DNA of 64,000 bases from Octopus sinensis. Taxonomy: Eukaryota. The notes under the pieces were generated by a model. That model saw only the letters and a program-made list of their open reading frames with translations. It searched no databases and was not told the origin of the DNA. Of the stretch, positions 9,583-28,200 are shown piece after piece; within the stretch, counting starts at the first letter, position 1, and the number at the start of each line of letters is the position of its first letter. The stretch spans positions 150,970,001 to 151,034,000 of the forward strand of contig NC_042998.1 of the NCBI RefSeq assembly GCF_006345805.1. Reading direction: 5' to 3'. The position numbers and the translations under genes are program-made.

Positions 9583-12500
9583 CTAGCAGAGATACCCGGC
9601 GTTGCCCGGTTACATTCAATTGAAGAATTAGACTTTTCTGTTATATATATATATGGACACACACACACACACACATACACACACATATATATATATATGT
9701 GTATATTAATATAAATACATGAAAGTACATGAGGTTTGTTAAAAAAGAAAGGGGATCATGTATATACCTTCTGGCTGTTGAGATTATAACACCTCGTTGT
9801 AAACAATATTCCTTGTTTTTCCTTGTGAAGCATATACAAAAAGGTTTCTTTTGGTTCCTATTCTTGAGCAGCCAACATACAGTTGCCCATGCGAGAAGCA
9901 GGGCTCTTCCAAGAGAAGACCAGCTACAGAGAAGGTTTGACCCTGAGATTTGTTAATGGACATGGCAAATCTGACACGAAGGGGGAATTGCAGTCTTCTG
10001 AATGTAAATGGAATTTCTGCTCCTGATGGAGTAAGAGGAATTCTTGGAATAAAGACGTCATCACCTTCTCCACATCCAGAAAGAATGATCGCCTCGATAA
10101 CGTGTGACATCATTTTCTTTATCACCAGTCGTGATCCATTGCAAAGGTGGTTCCAGATTGCGGAGTAGCATTACAGGAGTTCCAACTTTAAGTGGTAATA
10201 TGTGTGGAGGTAGTCCAGGAGGCTCCAGTGAATTGAGAAATTCAGGAGAATAGTTCACAACTTCATTTATATCTGGAATTGTATCAAGAGACTTGTAAGT
10301 GTGTATAGTGCCGGGAAGAGAATGCATTAGCTGTTGATTAATTTTGTTAACAGCGACGTTTTTTGGAGCTAATATTGCTCTTTCACACAGCCAATTGTGA
10401 TTTTGGTAGTTTTGTGTGTGAAGTTGGGAAAGACTTTGTTTTTGAGGTCATCTACAGAATTAACAACAGAGGAAAATGACCACACTTCCTTTTGTCCCGC
10501 AGCATCGAGAGGCATCTTGCCTTCACCAAGTGTCAAAATGTCCTGTGCAAACTTTGTGGACATTTTGTCGCCGTGTAGCTGAGCTCTCATGTTAGTGGTG
10601 AGACTGAGGATTGTAACATGATGCCACAGGGTAGAGGACTTTAGGCATGCTTGGACTTCATCTGCTCTAGTGCCTTTCGGAATGACAGGACGAGTTTGCC
10701 TGAAATCACCTGACAACAGAAGCGTTACATCTCCCATTGGAGCCTGACAGTCTCGGATGTCTTTCAGGGCTCTATCTAATGCTTCCAAAGCTCCCTTGTG
10801 AGCCATAGTGCACTCATCCCAGACAATTAGATGACACATTTTAAGTACTTGTCCCTGATCTGAGCTTTTGTTGATGTTGCATGAAGGCATTTCGGATGCT
10901 GCTAAATTGAGAGGGAGTTTAAAAGTTGAGTGTGCTGTCCTGCCACCGGGTAACAAAGTAGCTGCAATGCCAGAGGAGGCTACAGCTACTGCAATGTCCT
11001 GATGCTGCTGAACTTCTGCAAGGAGAAGCTTTGTAATAAATGTCTTTCCTGTCCCTCCGGGAGCATCGAGGAAGGAGATTCGTCCCTCGCGTTGGCGTAC
11101 ACTGTTAAGAATAGTTTTGTAGGCCTGCAGCTGATCCGGAAGTAATTTAGGCTCATTTTCAACAATGTACTTTGAAAGCGCTTGAGTGTCGTAGGTTGTT
11201 TCACGAATGATAGCAGTGGGAAGGCTATTTGACCCTGACCTGAATGCTTGTGGCAGGCCATACGTCGACAATTCATTTCCACCCAGTTTAGTAATTCTGT
11301 CTTCAATGTCAATGAGTGTTTTGTTATAGATTTCATTGCTGATACCCTCCATGTCAGGATAGAGCAGTTGAGCTTGGCGCTGAAAGTCTTCAGCCAGGTT
11401 GTCTCTATATTTGAGCCATAGAGTGGCCGGATCACACAGTTCGCATGCCTGTAGTAATACTGCAAATAGTGCCCTGAGACTTTTAGGTGATTGTGATAAA
11501 GCAGCCTCTCCTAAAGTTGCATCCCATTATGCACCATCTTCTAACAGACCTTGTCGATAGCAGGCTTCTCTGTATGTTGTGCAGGGCCTGGAAAGACGTT
11601 GGCCCTCTGACCTCATGCAGTAGTAGACGAAGGTAGAAGCACTCTTGTTGAGTGGGATGCACTGTGCATACTCGCCCAAGGCAAGTCTGAAACTTAATGC
11701 CAGGGTATCCATGAACATTTTGACCGGCTTTCCGTGGGGCCCATTTTTTTCCATTCCAAGTGTAGTACGATGGAATCTGTGGATACAGCAAGGTTTGAGC
11801 GAATGGATCCACTTGAGAAAGCTTGAAGAATGCAGTGAGTGTGCTATCCCTTGGTTACTCTGCCAATAGAGAAGCATTAGCATCGGTGAAGTACACTCTT
11901 CGACCATTTTCCAGGTGCACTGCAAGCTGTTGAATTACGGGGTGTCGTTGGTGAATTGGAAAGCCAAAGATGCGCCAGAAAGCCTCGTTGCTACTTATGT
12001 ACCGTCATCCTCATCCTGGCAGTATTCTTGTTGAAGTCCAAACATTGCAGCGTCAGAACCCTTGTTTACATATTTGCAAAAGTACTTGATGGATTTAACG
12101 GAGTTGCAAAACTCAACGTTGATGTGGGCATTGAAAGTCTTTGACAGGAGTGGGCAGTATGGAACAATCCATCTATTATCAATATCGTGCTGTCCGATAG
12201 TTGCCGTGAAACTATCTGGTTTTCTGCGTCTGTATGATGGATACCCATCAGCACCTGTCTGAGTTTCTTGTAGGAACCTCCTTGGAAATCTTTTTGAACA
12301 TATGCTGTCCTTCAAGCATGGTGAGTTTATGTTGAATCCACGCCCACATGGACCATGTACCATGTTTGCTTTAACTATTTCGTATAGTTCTTTGTCTAAA
12401 GCTGGATCAGGAAGCTCTGCAGAGATTATGTTGTCGGTGTCATTGGAATTGATCTTCGCTGAGAGCCAAAGCAGGATATGAGCATGTGGAAGGCCCCTTT

Positions 12501-12660
12501 TTTGCCACTCGATTGTGTACATGCCACATTGTATGGGCCCAAAGACTTGCCCTTTTTGTATGAGCTCCATGAGAGAGATTAACATCAGATGGAAAACTCG
12601 GGCGTTGAGATTCCGGTTCGAATGTAAGGCAGGTTTGAAAGTGTTCCAAACAGTTATTAG
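9583..12660 (-). mobile_element. Helitron, 5'-deleted, with canonical 3' terminus
   Basis: The minus-strand end reads ACCGGGCAACGCCGGGT (hairpin, 9594-9610), then atctctg, then CTAG (9583-9586) followed by T. Rep/Hel coding fragments lie upstream. Confidence 0.95.
9784..12655 (-). pseudogene. Helitron RepHel (HUH Rep plus PIF1-family helicase), frameshifted
   Basis: HUH motif EWQKRGLPHAHILLW, Tyr motif KSIKYFCKYVNKG, Walker A DAPGGTGKT, Walker B IVWDECTM, LLSGDFRQ, FAMSINKSQGQT and GQLYVGCSR, split over at least 5 ORFs. Confidence 0.96.
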
Positions 12661-12744
12661 TTGTAGTGGTAGAGTGTTTATGCCGAATATGTACGTATGC
12701 ATGTATATATATGTATATATGCCTGTATATATGTACAAAATCCA

Positions 12745-12870
12745 CTGAGAAGGCTTTTTTTGGTCTGAGGCTACAGCAGAAGACACATGCCAAGTCACCA
12801 CAGAGTGGGACTGAACCCAGGACCATGTGTTTGGAACGTAGTTTGTTACCACACAGCCACACCTGCCCCT
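12745..12870 (-). mobile_element. tRNA-derived SINE head (family of 39110, 49668, 30884, 58190)
   Basis: The minus strand reads gggcaggtgtggctgtgtggtaac...catggtcctgggttcagtcccact...tgtcttctgctgtagcc, homologous to the other copies in the window. Confidence 0.75.
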
Positions 12871-13006
12871 ATGTATGTGTGTGTGTGTGTGCGTATGTGT
12901 GTATGGGTAGATATATTATGCATCTATATATGTGTACATATTACATGTACATCTATATATATACATCTACACAAAATGCAAAATACAAAGTTATATCTTG
13001 ATATCG

Positions 13007-13991
<985 letters not shown>

Positions 13992-14879
13992 TATAATTTG
14001 ATCATATGTACATATTTTTCTTTTTTTTTTCAGTCCTAGTTGTTAATCTCAGCCTTGTTTCCTCCTGTTCCTCTTTGTTTTCTCTATCCCAGCTGTTAAG
14101 TATCTACTTTAACAGCGCCTTTATATTTAACTGTGCCTCGTCTTCACTACATGAGTTGCTTAACAACCATCTCCAATGGATCTTGACGCCACTAAGGTAG
14201 CAGTTCTATTTCAGACGTCGAAAATGCCAGAATCCTAAGCGATTGTTTCTTCAAAGCACCTTTCATTTTCATAACACTCTGGTATACTTCAATGTTCACC
14301 TTTGCAGTACAGTATAGTGAGGCCAGTGGTGACTCGCAATGACATACAATCTCATAGAGTTTGCGTAGACATTCAAGTTTTGATGCCTCCGATGGCCAGA
14401 AGATTATTCCAGGACTGTATTCTTGGGAATAGAGTGGAAGTTCATCGGGACAGAAGTTCTAGTTGCTTCTTGTTGCAAATAAAATCCACTTTGGGGTCTT
14501 TTGTCGAGAAGAGGATGCAAAGAGAGGAAAGAAAAGGGCAACAGTAATCCCTACAGCATACAACTGAATTGGAAAATATGACTATGACAACTGTGATAAC
14601 TTTGTTCAGAAAACACTAGAGGATTCTAAGGTGATTGCTGGAGGGAGAGCAGATAGCATCACCTAATTCGCAATACTAATAATGCAAGGTTCCAGCTTGA
14701 AAAATTATTCCATGTTTCTAAAAATAATACAGTAAAATAAATTGTTACAATTCATTTCACAATAATTTAATGTAGAGCTGATATTTCATTATGAAAACTT
14801 CCCTGTACTAGATTATAGATCTTCAAATTTTCTAAGGTTCTTGTGTGCTGATAAAATCGTTGCATAGCCATCATAAAAC

Positions 14880-15480
14880 CATATGTCGAACTTTCGTATT
14901 CACAAAATCCCTAGTAATCTCTTGCGTATAAATATGGTGGTGATTGCGTACAGTTTCCCTTCCCAATGCATGTTAGTTCTACTTCCCATGCTCTTATTAA
15001 AGGTGTTTATCTTCTCATTTATTCTGAGCGTCGTCAAGAGTCAGCAGTGTGGACACGCTGTCGGAAGCCTTCTTGTAATCAATCTAGCCAACAGCTAAAT
15101 CCTTACCTACTCAGGCCTCGTTTAACATCTTACTATCATTATTCAGCACATCAGTAGTTCTCTTGATTCCTTTCTGTATCGTTTTTGCTCCTCTAACAAT
15201 AAATTGTCTTTTTTCAGAAAGTTATACATTTCATGTTATAGTGTCAGTTAATAACAGCCAGAATAATACTAAACATGTAATAAGCTCTATCTATAACTGT
15301 TGACTTGTCTCGTTTCTTTCCTTTCTTCTTCCGTATCAGCACTATCGTTTCCTTCGTTATCCATGTTGGCGTTTCCTTTTCTATGCAGTCAGTAAGAAAA
15401 GGGTTGTATATGGTTGTGTATACTTGAGAGATTTTAAAGCTAGAATCCCTGGATGCTATCTGGTCCATGGGTTTTCCAAA
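14880..15480 (-). mobile_element. Highly degraded R4/Dong-like RT N-terminal half
   Basis: TPTWITKETIVLIRKK, NLLLEEQKRYRKESRE and LAVG*IDYKKASDSV correspond to the P-W-T-G-T-LIPK, L-EEQKG-R and WIDYKKAFDSV motifs. Confidence 0.7.
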
Positions 15481-15609
15481 CTGGTGTATTCATAAGTAAC
15501 TTTTTCACTTTCTAATCTGTAATATTTGTTTTCTTGTTTTGATTTATTCTTCCATTTCACTTTTAAATTGCCCACAACCGATAAAAGATACTACCAGCAA
15601 AGCAGTGAC

Positions 15610-15611
<2 letters not shown>

Positions 15612-15641
<30 letters not shown>

Positions 15642-15651
15642 CCACTACCAC

Positions 15652-15704
<53 letters not shown>

Positions 15705-15705
15705 A

Positions 15706-15749
<44 letters not shown>

Positions 15750-15760
15750 ACATCATCATC
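15612..15760. repeat. (CAT)n microsatellite
   Basis: Directly visible. Confidence 0.97.
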
Positions 15761-16153
15761 ATTAGTAGTGGTAGTTGCAGCAGCAGCAGTGGTTATAGTA
15801 GTACTTTTTGTAGTAGTAATAGTTATATAAGCTGTGATGATGGTAGTGGTTGTGATGGTAGTCATAGTAGCAGTTACAGCAGTAATGAGAGTAAGAGTAA
15901 GAGAAGAGGATGAGAAGAGGGGGGCAGAAAATGAAAAACGATTGAGGGGATATGCGGTAGTAGTAGTAGTAGTAGTAGCAGTAGCAGCAGTAATAGCAGT
16001 AGCAGCAGCAGCAGCTTGAGGGGGAGGAAGGGAGGGGGAATTGCCGCAGTAGTGATATTAATTAATAATTTATATATTTGTTCTTTATAATTATTGTATT
16101 TTGGAAGCTTTGATGATAATTTATGGAGTTTTATTGGTGGCGTCTTTTAATTC

Positions 16154-16184
<31 letters not shown>

Positions 16185-16625
16185 GTATATATATTTGTGT
16201 ATATATATATTTAAGTATAATCACCCATTCATACATATATTTTAAGGTACTGGAGGGGTATGCGTCGGATGTATATAGACCCACATCCGGGTAACGAAGC
16301 AGCTGTACATAGACACATATACACGCACACGCATACACACATACACACACATGCGGAGGGCCCAAAACAAATACATACTATGTCAAAGGCTAGCTCAGGC
16401 ACACACTCACACACAGACATACATACACACATACACACGCACACAGATATACACATACATTTACGTAACCTCACGTACACGTACACACACACACTCATAA
16501 ATACTCCTGCTCCCCCTACATATTTCAAAATTGTACCTTAGCTTCCCTTTCATGAAGCTTTGTTTACGTAAGAGATGTGTGCACAGGTGGGGCAGGATCT
16601 GAATATTAGGGACTACGCTGTATAT

Positions 16626-16688
<63 letters not shown>

Positions 16689-16879
16689 CCGTGTCTGTCT
16701 GCGCGCGTACATGTGTATAGGTGTATATAAAATACATACAGAAGTATGGATAAATACATATATGTACTGTATATTTATAACTGTATACAGACGCACACAA
16801 ACGCAGAACAACCCACGTGAATATATATATATATATAATATATATATACATATACTTATGTATATAAATATATGTATGT

Positions 16880-20040
<3,161 letters not shown>

Positions 20041-20076
20041 ATATATATATATATAATATATATATTATATATATAT

Positions 20077-20383
20077 AAATGAGTGCATAAATATATATAT
20101 ATAAAATATGTGAGTGTGAATGTGTTTATAAACATATCTATAGATGCTTATGTAATATATAGACATGTATATGCATATATATATGTGTGTGTGTGTGTGT
20201 ATGCGTGTACTTATATATATATAGGCAAATGCATGCATAAGTAATATATATATAAGTACACACACACACACACACATATATATATGCATATACATGTCTA
20301 TATATTACATAAGCATCTATAGATATGTTTATAAACACATTCACACTCACATATTTTATATATATATATTTATGCACTCATTT
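20077..20383. repeat. Long inverted repeat, ~145-bp arms and ~20-nt loop
   Basis: aaatgagtgcataaat...gtgtacttatatatatat is mirrored by atatatatataagtacac...atttatgcactcattt. Confidence 0.95.
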
Positions 20384-20390
20384 ATATATA

Positions 20391-20455
<65 letters not shown>

Positions 20456-20465
20456 ATATACATAT

Positions 20466-20509
<44 letters not shown>

Positions 20510-21110
20510 CACACATATATATATATATATACATATATATAATATATACACACACACATATATATAAAATACACACGGGCGTATATGCGCAAGTATGTAT
20601 ATGTATATTTACATGTGTGTGTGTATATACACACGCATGCAGCTGCATGTGCAAATGCCAATGTGAATGTAATACATCAATACATTCGAGATTTTGTTTT
20701 TTGTTTAATGAACTTTTAGAACCGCAAGTATTAATTGCCTGTGTCATATACACATACGTACATACGCACATACACACACACAAACACAGGCACATGCTCA
20801 TATATAGATACAGACACACAGGCACAGACACAGACACAGACACACACACATACATACATATATATATAAGCACAAGCGCATACGATGAAGAGAAGCATGC
20901 ACGCGCACACACACTTCCACGCACGTGCATACATACATTTAGACACACACACATTACCTTGCAATGCGTAAATCCCAAGAGTCGGCGTTGTTTGGTACAC
21001 ACAACACATACACACACACTAACACTAACACACAAACATGCACACACGCGCGCACACACACTCACACACACGCACGCAACACACACACACACACAGACAC
21101 ACACACACAC

Positions 21111-21143
<33 letters not shown>

Positions 21144-22349
21144 GCATACAGCAACTTACACGCAACAGAAATCCGCTGGTTTTAAAGAACGACATGAAAA
21201 AATGTTTAACGAGAGACTTAATTTGACTGAATCACTTTGCTGGTACATGAGAGTTTCCCCTCAGCGTCCATTCAGTTATAAACTTGTTTAGGATAACCCT
21301 TTCCTAAAACATTAGATGGATGCGTATATACTATTGGTTGAATACTACACAGTCAACACACGGAATCTTATGATTGGTTGCTTGTCTATTAGTATCCATA
21401 TATGTTCAGGCTTAAGACATGATTCAACAGAAAAATCGTCTGAGAGATTTAGGGATGTTGTTGATGGTTAGTGGCTGGGCTGGCAATGTCTTTTCAACTC
21501 TGAGAAATTATGAAATGGCTGATCGCTGGTTCCTAGGAGATGTGACAGAGGGAATGTGAAGAAATAAACTAGTGTTGTATTGTATTGAAGATGTGCACCA
21601 GCCCTACAATTCTTTAACAGATAACAGCTATGATAATAACAAATACCAAAGGCAAACTATGAAGTTCAAATTAAAATATTTAAAACATAAATTACAAAAT
21701 AATCGCATCTTAGAATAAAACATTTCGGAGCATAAAATAAAATTCAGGTATCAAAACAATCAATATTGAAAAATATTATTAGAGTGATCTCCCTTGAGCG
21801 CCTGGGTAATAATTGTTCTTAATGACCGTTTAAAAAGTTCAGTGTCCCTTTGACTATGCACTTCATACGCCCGCCTTAATACAGATATCCGAGTATTCTG
21901 ATATTGTCATATTCAGGGTTGTGTGATTTCCAGTTATATCATCCAGGCCCCGTTGTTATCAGGAGTACAAAGATCTGCGGAGTGTAGAGTACTCGTAGTT
22001 CATAAGATGAAAGACTGTAAATTCTAGATGCTCAATAACTATTTAACTGTTGCATGTAGTCCTTCATGTCTTTGTGTTTTGTCATTGCAATATCAATCGT
22101 TAACAATCGTATCCAGGATATATTGATGTATTAGGCTTTGCGCTACTTCACTAAAATGCCGAAACTACGAAAATTCCCTAGTAGACAGCTGATGAGGGGA
22201 ATTCTTCGTTTGTTCTGTCTGTTATGTGTTCTCGTCGGTGATGTTTAATTTCTCCAATTTAGACATCAGTGTACACTTTTTAACATCATGTTTCTTCTAC
22301 AAATACACAATCAGACAAACGCACACACTTATATTATATTAGATCACAT

Positions 22350-22395
<46 letters not shown>

Positions 22396-22409
22396 AACTA
22401 CTACTACTA

Positions 22410-22457
<48 letters not shown>

Positions 22458-23894
22458 GGTGCTGCTACTGCTACTGCCGTTGCTGCTACAGCTGCTGCTG
22501 CTGCCGTCGCCGCCGAAACTACTGTTGTAGCTGCTGCTGGTGCTGAGGATCACAACCACTACTTCCTTTGGCAAACACTATTTCCTCCTTCAAAATTTGT
22601 ACCGCAACTGTTATCAATAATTTCTACCACCATCACCACCGCCGCCGCCACCATCACTACCACCATCACCAACACCAACACCAACATCGCCATCAACACC
22701 ATCACCCCGCCACCACTGCCGCCCCCGTCCGCTCGCCACGTCATCGCTGCTATTACTACTACCAACACCATACCATCACTATCTGCCTATACTATCTGCT
22801 TCAATACATCTTGCTACCTGTTTCTTTTACTGACTCATATAACTGTACCTTGAGTACATACACAAGAAAAAAGCAGCCAAATCACCGTCATAGCCCACCC
22901 CTACACTCTTAAAAAAAGGACACGTTGGTTAATATGGTTTCCTCGACGGAATGGTCACAGCTGGCCTCCTTTTGATTAACGTCCTATCGTATCACGGCTG
23001 ACTTTGGGGCTAAACAACAGCCATCTCCACCACGACCAGCACCGCCTTCTCGACCACCCCACCACCACCACCGCCTTCTCGACCACCCCACCACCACCAC
23101 CATCAGCAATAACAACGACACAAGCACTACTGTCACCCTTACTGTCACCAAAACCGCCTTTACCACCACAATCCCAACCACCGCCATCACCTCTACAACA
23201 CACCACCATTATCAGCCCTATTTCCACTTCAAATTACCACCACCAACAACAACACCAATATTATCAGTACAATCTCTGCCACCACCACCACCACCACTAC
23301 CACCACCAACACCACCACTGCCGCCACTACCGCTCCTGCTACCACCACCGCCATTTCTATCACCGCCGCCTCTGCCGCCACCATCCCCTCACTGATGTGT
23401 GCTATCTTGCGGTAGAATCTTTTGAACCTGAAGTTCTGAACAGCCACACCCATTCTTACACATCGATAACCCCAGATTGTGTGACACACACACACTCTCT
23501 CTCTCCCTCTCTCTCCCTCTCACTCCCTCTCACTCTCTCTCTCTCACACACACACACGCACACACACATCATTGTTACACACTCACACTGACATTCATAG
23601 TGACTTAAATAAATACCTACATAAATACATAAATACAAACACAAGCGTAAATACACACCATTAAACACCCATTCATCCATTCCTCCATTCATCCATCTAT
23701 CCATCCATCTATACATACATACATACATACATACATACATACACACACACATCCATAATTACATATACATACACATACATATATACAGGTATACACTTAT
23801 ACATATAGTTAAGAGTTCGATACTTCTACGTGGTACATTGGGCAAGTATATTCTATCACTACCAAGAATAACTAATAATTTGTTGGAAGAATTT

Positions 23895-23976
<82 letters not shown>

Positions 23977-24130
23977 ATATATACACATACACACACAGAC
24001 ACTCACACACACATGGAGGCTCTTGAGCAGAAGTTCTCAATCGTTGTCCTTATAAGATTTTCTGGAGTCCACGCAAGCAAAACAGTAAATTGGGGATCCA
24101 CAATATCAAGGGTGTATGCATCCCTCTTCT

Positions 24131-24262
24131 CGTTGTGAGTTCAAATCCCGCCGATGTCGACTTTGCCTTTCATTTTTTCAGAGTCGATAAATTAAGTGCC
24201 AGTTGAGGACTGGGGGTTGATGTAATCGACTTAATCCCTCCCCGGAAATTGTTAGCCTTGTT
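24131..24262 (+). mobile_element. SINE remnant (family of 50030-50248)
   Basis: gagttcaaatcccgccgatgtcgactttgcc...gactgggggttgatgtaatcgacttaatcc matches the reverse complement of 50075-50175. Confidence 0.75.
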
Positions 24263-24959
24263 TCTTTAACATTTTACATGTTTCAACCTACACAAGTGAA
24301 TGTGGGAATAACAAAACAGGGATTTTGGAAGAAGTATTTATAAAACTGGTTTTTAAACATCGAATGACTTTGGAGGTCCACTAGAGTAAAATAGTAATCA
24401 AAGGGGTCCACAGGTAAAAAAAAAACGGATGAGAACCACTGCTCCTGATGGTTATTCAATGTATGAAAAATAGCAATCAAATATCTCACATATTATAACC
24501 TACAATCTCAAAAAATTGAAAAATGCACTGGATAATGCAATCCTAGATTGACAATGACTGTAATATAAGTTGATGTGGTCATGATTGGACTTTCTGTCAT
24601 CACATGTGTGCTACATTTGGTGACATTTGTTTCATTCCAAGATGACGACAATCGTTGATAGTGTGGCAGCGACAGAAAATGCATTAGCAGGAGCGGATGC
24701 AGGAGAATGAGGTCTGCCACCTGCTGTGCGGCACATACGGTGTGCACCCCCAAAACCTCATAAGCTAAGGCTATATGAAACTGTGGGCTGCACTTCAATG
24801 GCATGGCGATTATTTCAATGACAACGGCCAATCCCTCATTTTTTAGAACCGTAGTTTACATTGCATAACATAAGTCTACAATGAATAATATTTATAGTGG
24901 AGCAGGTGGAAGATATTTCCCAATATCACTTTTCACTGTGAAGGAGATAGATTGAGAAA

Positions 24960-25221
24960 CTTTTATATCCTTCTATACGTTGGATATAGAAATTTCACGA
25001 AGCGGAAATAGACACAACTGTCTTCAGACGACATACTTCAAATTACTCCATTAAAAACGATACTCCAATAAATACAAATGATCTCAACAACTTCCTTAGG
25101 CTTCCACGAACTCTCAACGACTTCTACGACTTCTTTCGCCTCAACCAATACGCTACTCTTTATAAGATTTCGGTTAGTCCATTCTGCCAATCCCACAGGT
25201 GTGTCAATGACTCTCGCCACA
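24960..25221 (-). repeat. 3' LTR of the Gypsy element
   Basis: The minus strand runs TGTGGCGAGAGTC...ATATAAAAG and aligns with 29108-29402. Confidence 0.9.
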
Positions 25222-25247
25222 ATTGAGATTTACTTCCTAGGGTAGTT

Positions 25248-28200
25248 TAATATTTCTTCCGTTTAGGCAATACTTCCAACCGTTCTCTTTGTTCCCTCTC
25301 TCTAGTGCTGCTACGCCTAGGTGTGACTTGTGGAGTTGGAACATCAAAGGTGTCGTAGAACACTTCCAACAGTATCTCTTTTCTTTTTTCCGTATATCAA
25401 TTTTGTAACTTGTTTAAATGTCTTTTGTGTTCCCATTTTCGCCTCTTGTCATATACGTCATCTTGCCTCTTCTTTTTGTTACTACTCCGTCTTCCCAACC
25501 TTTTCTTCCATTTTCATACATTTTGAAAAGTACTGATATTAAAATACTTTATCGTATTTTTAGTGTTTTCCCTAATTGTTTTTCTTATTGGTAACTGCTT
25601 GTCAAAAAGTTGACTTTATTTTTCGAGCAAACATTAGTACCGCAGGCGACTTGCCTGAACAAGTGCTTGAGTTTGGTATTATCCTATAAACCTTTAAGAA
25701 TTGTGTCAATACTGCATCATCAGCTAGCTCGTTTCTTGATTTCTTTAATGCTCTTTTAAATGTATCCAAGAACCGTTTCGCTTGCCCGTTTGATCTTGGG
25801 TGATATGGTGGAGTAGAGATGTGATCAACTGCGTACATTTTGCAAAACTTTTAAAATCATACGTTGTAAACTGCGTACTGTTATCGGATACTATGGTGTA
25901 CGGGACGCCAAATCTTGCGAAGATTTCATGAAGAAATTCTATTGTTACCGTAAAGGTTGTTTTCCTACATCCACATATTTCCGGCTACTTAGTATAACTA
26001 TCTACTACAATCAGGTAATATGCGCCATTTACTGGTCCAGCAAAATCCATACGAATCCTGATCCATAGATTGTCGGTCTTAGGCCATGGTTGAAATTTTG
26101 CTGGTAATGACTTTGCTTCAGGATATCACCGACTCTTCAATGTCAAGGTCCATTTTAGGCCAATATACGTAACCTCTCATTAGTGATTTCATTCTTGAAG
26201 TCCCTGGGTGACCAATATGAAATTCCTTTAATAAGCGCTTTTGTAGTGCGACTAGCACTACGACTCTTTGTGCATACATCAACACATTGTCATACAGTGA
26301 GAAATGGTTCGCATTTGTGTTGCGCATATTTTAATTTTCTTTAGCCTTCAGTGTTTCTTTCATTTTTATACTGAATCTATTGTTCTCTGATTTTGATTTT
26401 ATGTCTGGTAACGTAACTGGCAATTCACGAATGACGTTACACAAAACATTTTAAATTTCATTTTCCGTCGCAAAGCGGCAAGCACAGTATCTTCGAATGG
26501 TTCCACGTTTTTTGAAATCAGTTTTGATAGACAATCTGCATGGCCTGATTTCTTGGATGATATATACTCCATCTTGAAATCGTAGTTTAATAATATCATA
26601 GCGCAGCATTTTAACTTATTAGCAGTACAGGTAGGAATTCCATTTTTCGACCCAAATATCGATAATAACGTGCAAAAATCTGCAAAATTTTTCACTGCAA
26701 AAATGATCGCTAGAGCTTTTTTTTCGATTTGACTATAATTTTTCTCTGCTGATATCAGAGAATGTGAGGCATGAATCACCGCCTTCGTGTTACTATCTTT
26801 ATATTTATGTAGTATTACTGCTCCTATATCATACTCAGTAGCGTCTGAAGCTACAACAATCTCCGCTGCAGGAACGAAGTGAGCTAACGACAAATCAGAT
26901 ATTAATATTTTTTTAATTTTTGTCAAATGCCTTTTGGCAATTTTCTGATCGATTCCATTTCATATCTTTTTTCGGCAAATTATTCAGTGGAGCCCTAACC
27001 TTATGCATATTTGGGATATAATTTGGGTAATAATTTGCCAGTCCTAAAAGTGCTTGTAAGATCGCTATATTAGTCAAAGGAGACATATCTTTAATCTACG
27101 TCGTCCATTTCTGTCAATGATTTGTTCTAAATATTTTATTTCCGGTAAGAAAAATTCATACTTTTCTTCACTCAAGGTAAAGTCGTAATCCTTTTTTATT
27201 TTAAATATATATTTTACATGTTCGACGTGTTGATCCCTAGATTCGCTTTTAACGTCATCCAGATATGGAATTATGAATTCACAGTCCGCTAGCATTGTAT
27301 CCATAATCTGTTGAAAACTTTTAAACCAAAAAGTAACCTATACAGTCCTTTATGTGCGTTAACTGTTAGATATTTCGAGTATTCATCGTTTACTCTAATT
27401 TGTAGATACGCGTCGGAGATCTCCAATTTAGAAAATATCTTCCCACCGTTTAATTTCGCAAAAATATCCTCCGGAGTAGATAGCGGATAGTGGCACATTT
27501 TAAGACATTAGTTTAAACGAGTGGAAAAATCAGTGCACACTCTGATTTTATTATTCTTTTTCTCAGTATACACAGTTGGTGCTGCCCATTCAGAATATTC
27601 CACATTTTGGATACCTCCAGTTTTTTGTAGTCTCTCTAGTTCTTCATTGACTTGTTTCATCTCTGCGAAAGTACCATTCGTTTTGGTTTAAATACTGATA
27701 TGACATTTTCTTGTATTTGAAAACACGCCTTTGTCTTGGTACACAGACAAAATTTATCGGACAGAACTTCAGGAAAAATATTTTTTACTTTTTCTTTCAA
27801 TTTGTCTGACGACTTGTCTTTACTGGAGGAAAAACTATTTATATTTTTATAGAACAGAATTATGGGGGGGGGGTCCCATACATTAAACAATTCTATCCTG
27901 TCAATCCTGAACAAATTTGTTGCATTATTTAAGACAAAAACTTTTACTTTCAAGGTTTTACCCCCAAATGTAACCTCAGTTATCATTTCGCCCCCAAAAT
28001 GTATTTTTTTCCCTAGCAATTTTTGAAGTTTCCATTAATATAGGCTTTCCTATTTTTTCCGTGTGTAATTGTAGTATCACTACCTGTATCTAGTTGTAAC
28101 TTCACGTTCACATTATTAATTTTTATGTACATAAACTTTCTTTTGTGAGCCTCGCCTAGATTTTCTCTTGAGAAAATCCCCCCCCCCAATTTTTTTTACA

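Noticed and set aside
14000-14700. Continuation of the degraded RT or a host exon
   Set aside because: All frames are interrupted and no diagnostic motif was found, so it is left unassigned.
21780-22180. Penelope GIY-YIG remnant on the minus strand (SHNPEYDNIRIL)
   Set aside because: A single weak motif is insufficient to call.
24508-24831. 107-aa minus-strand ORF or plus-strand exon near the 3' LTR
   Set aside because: No recognisable motif, and the plus-strand frames after the candidate acceptor hit stops.
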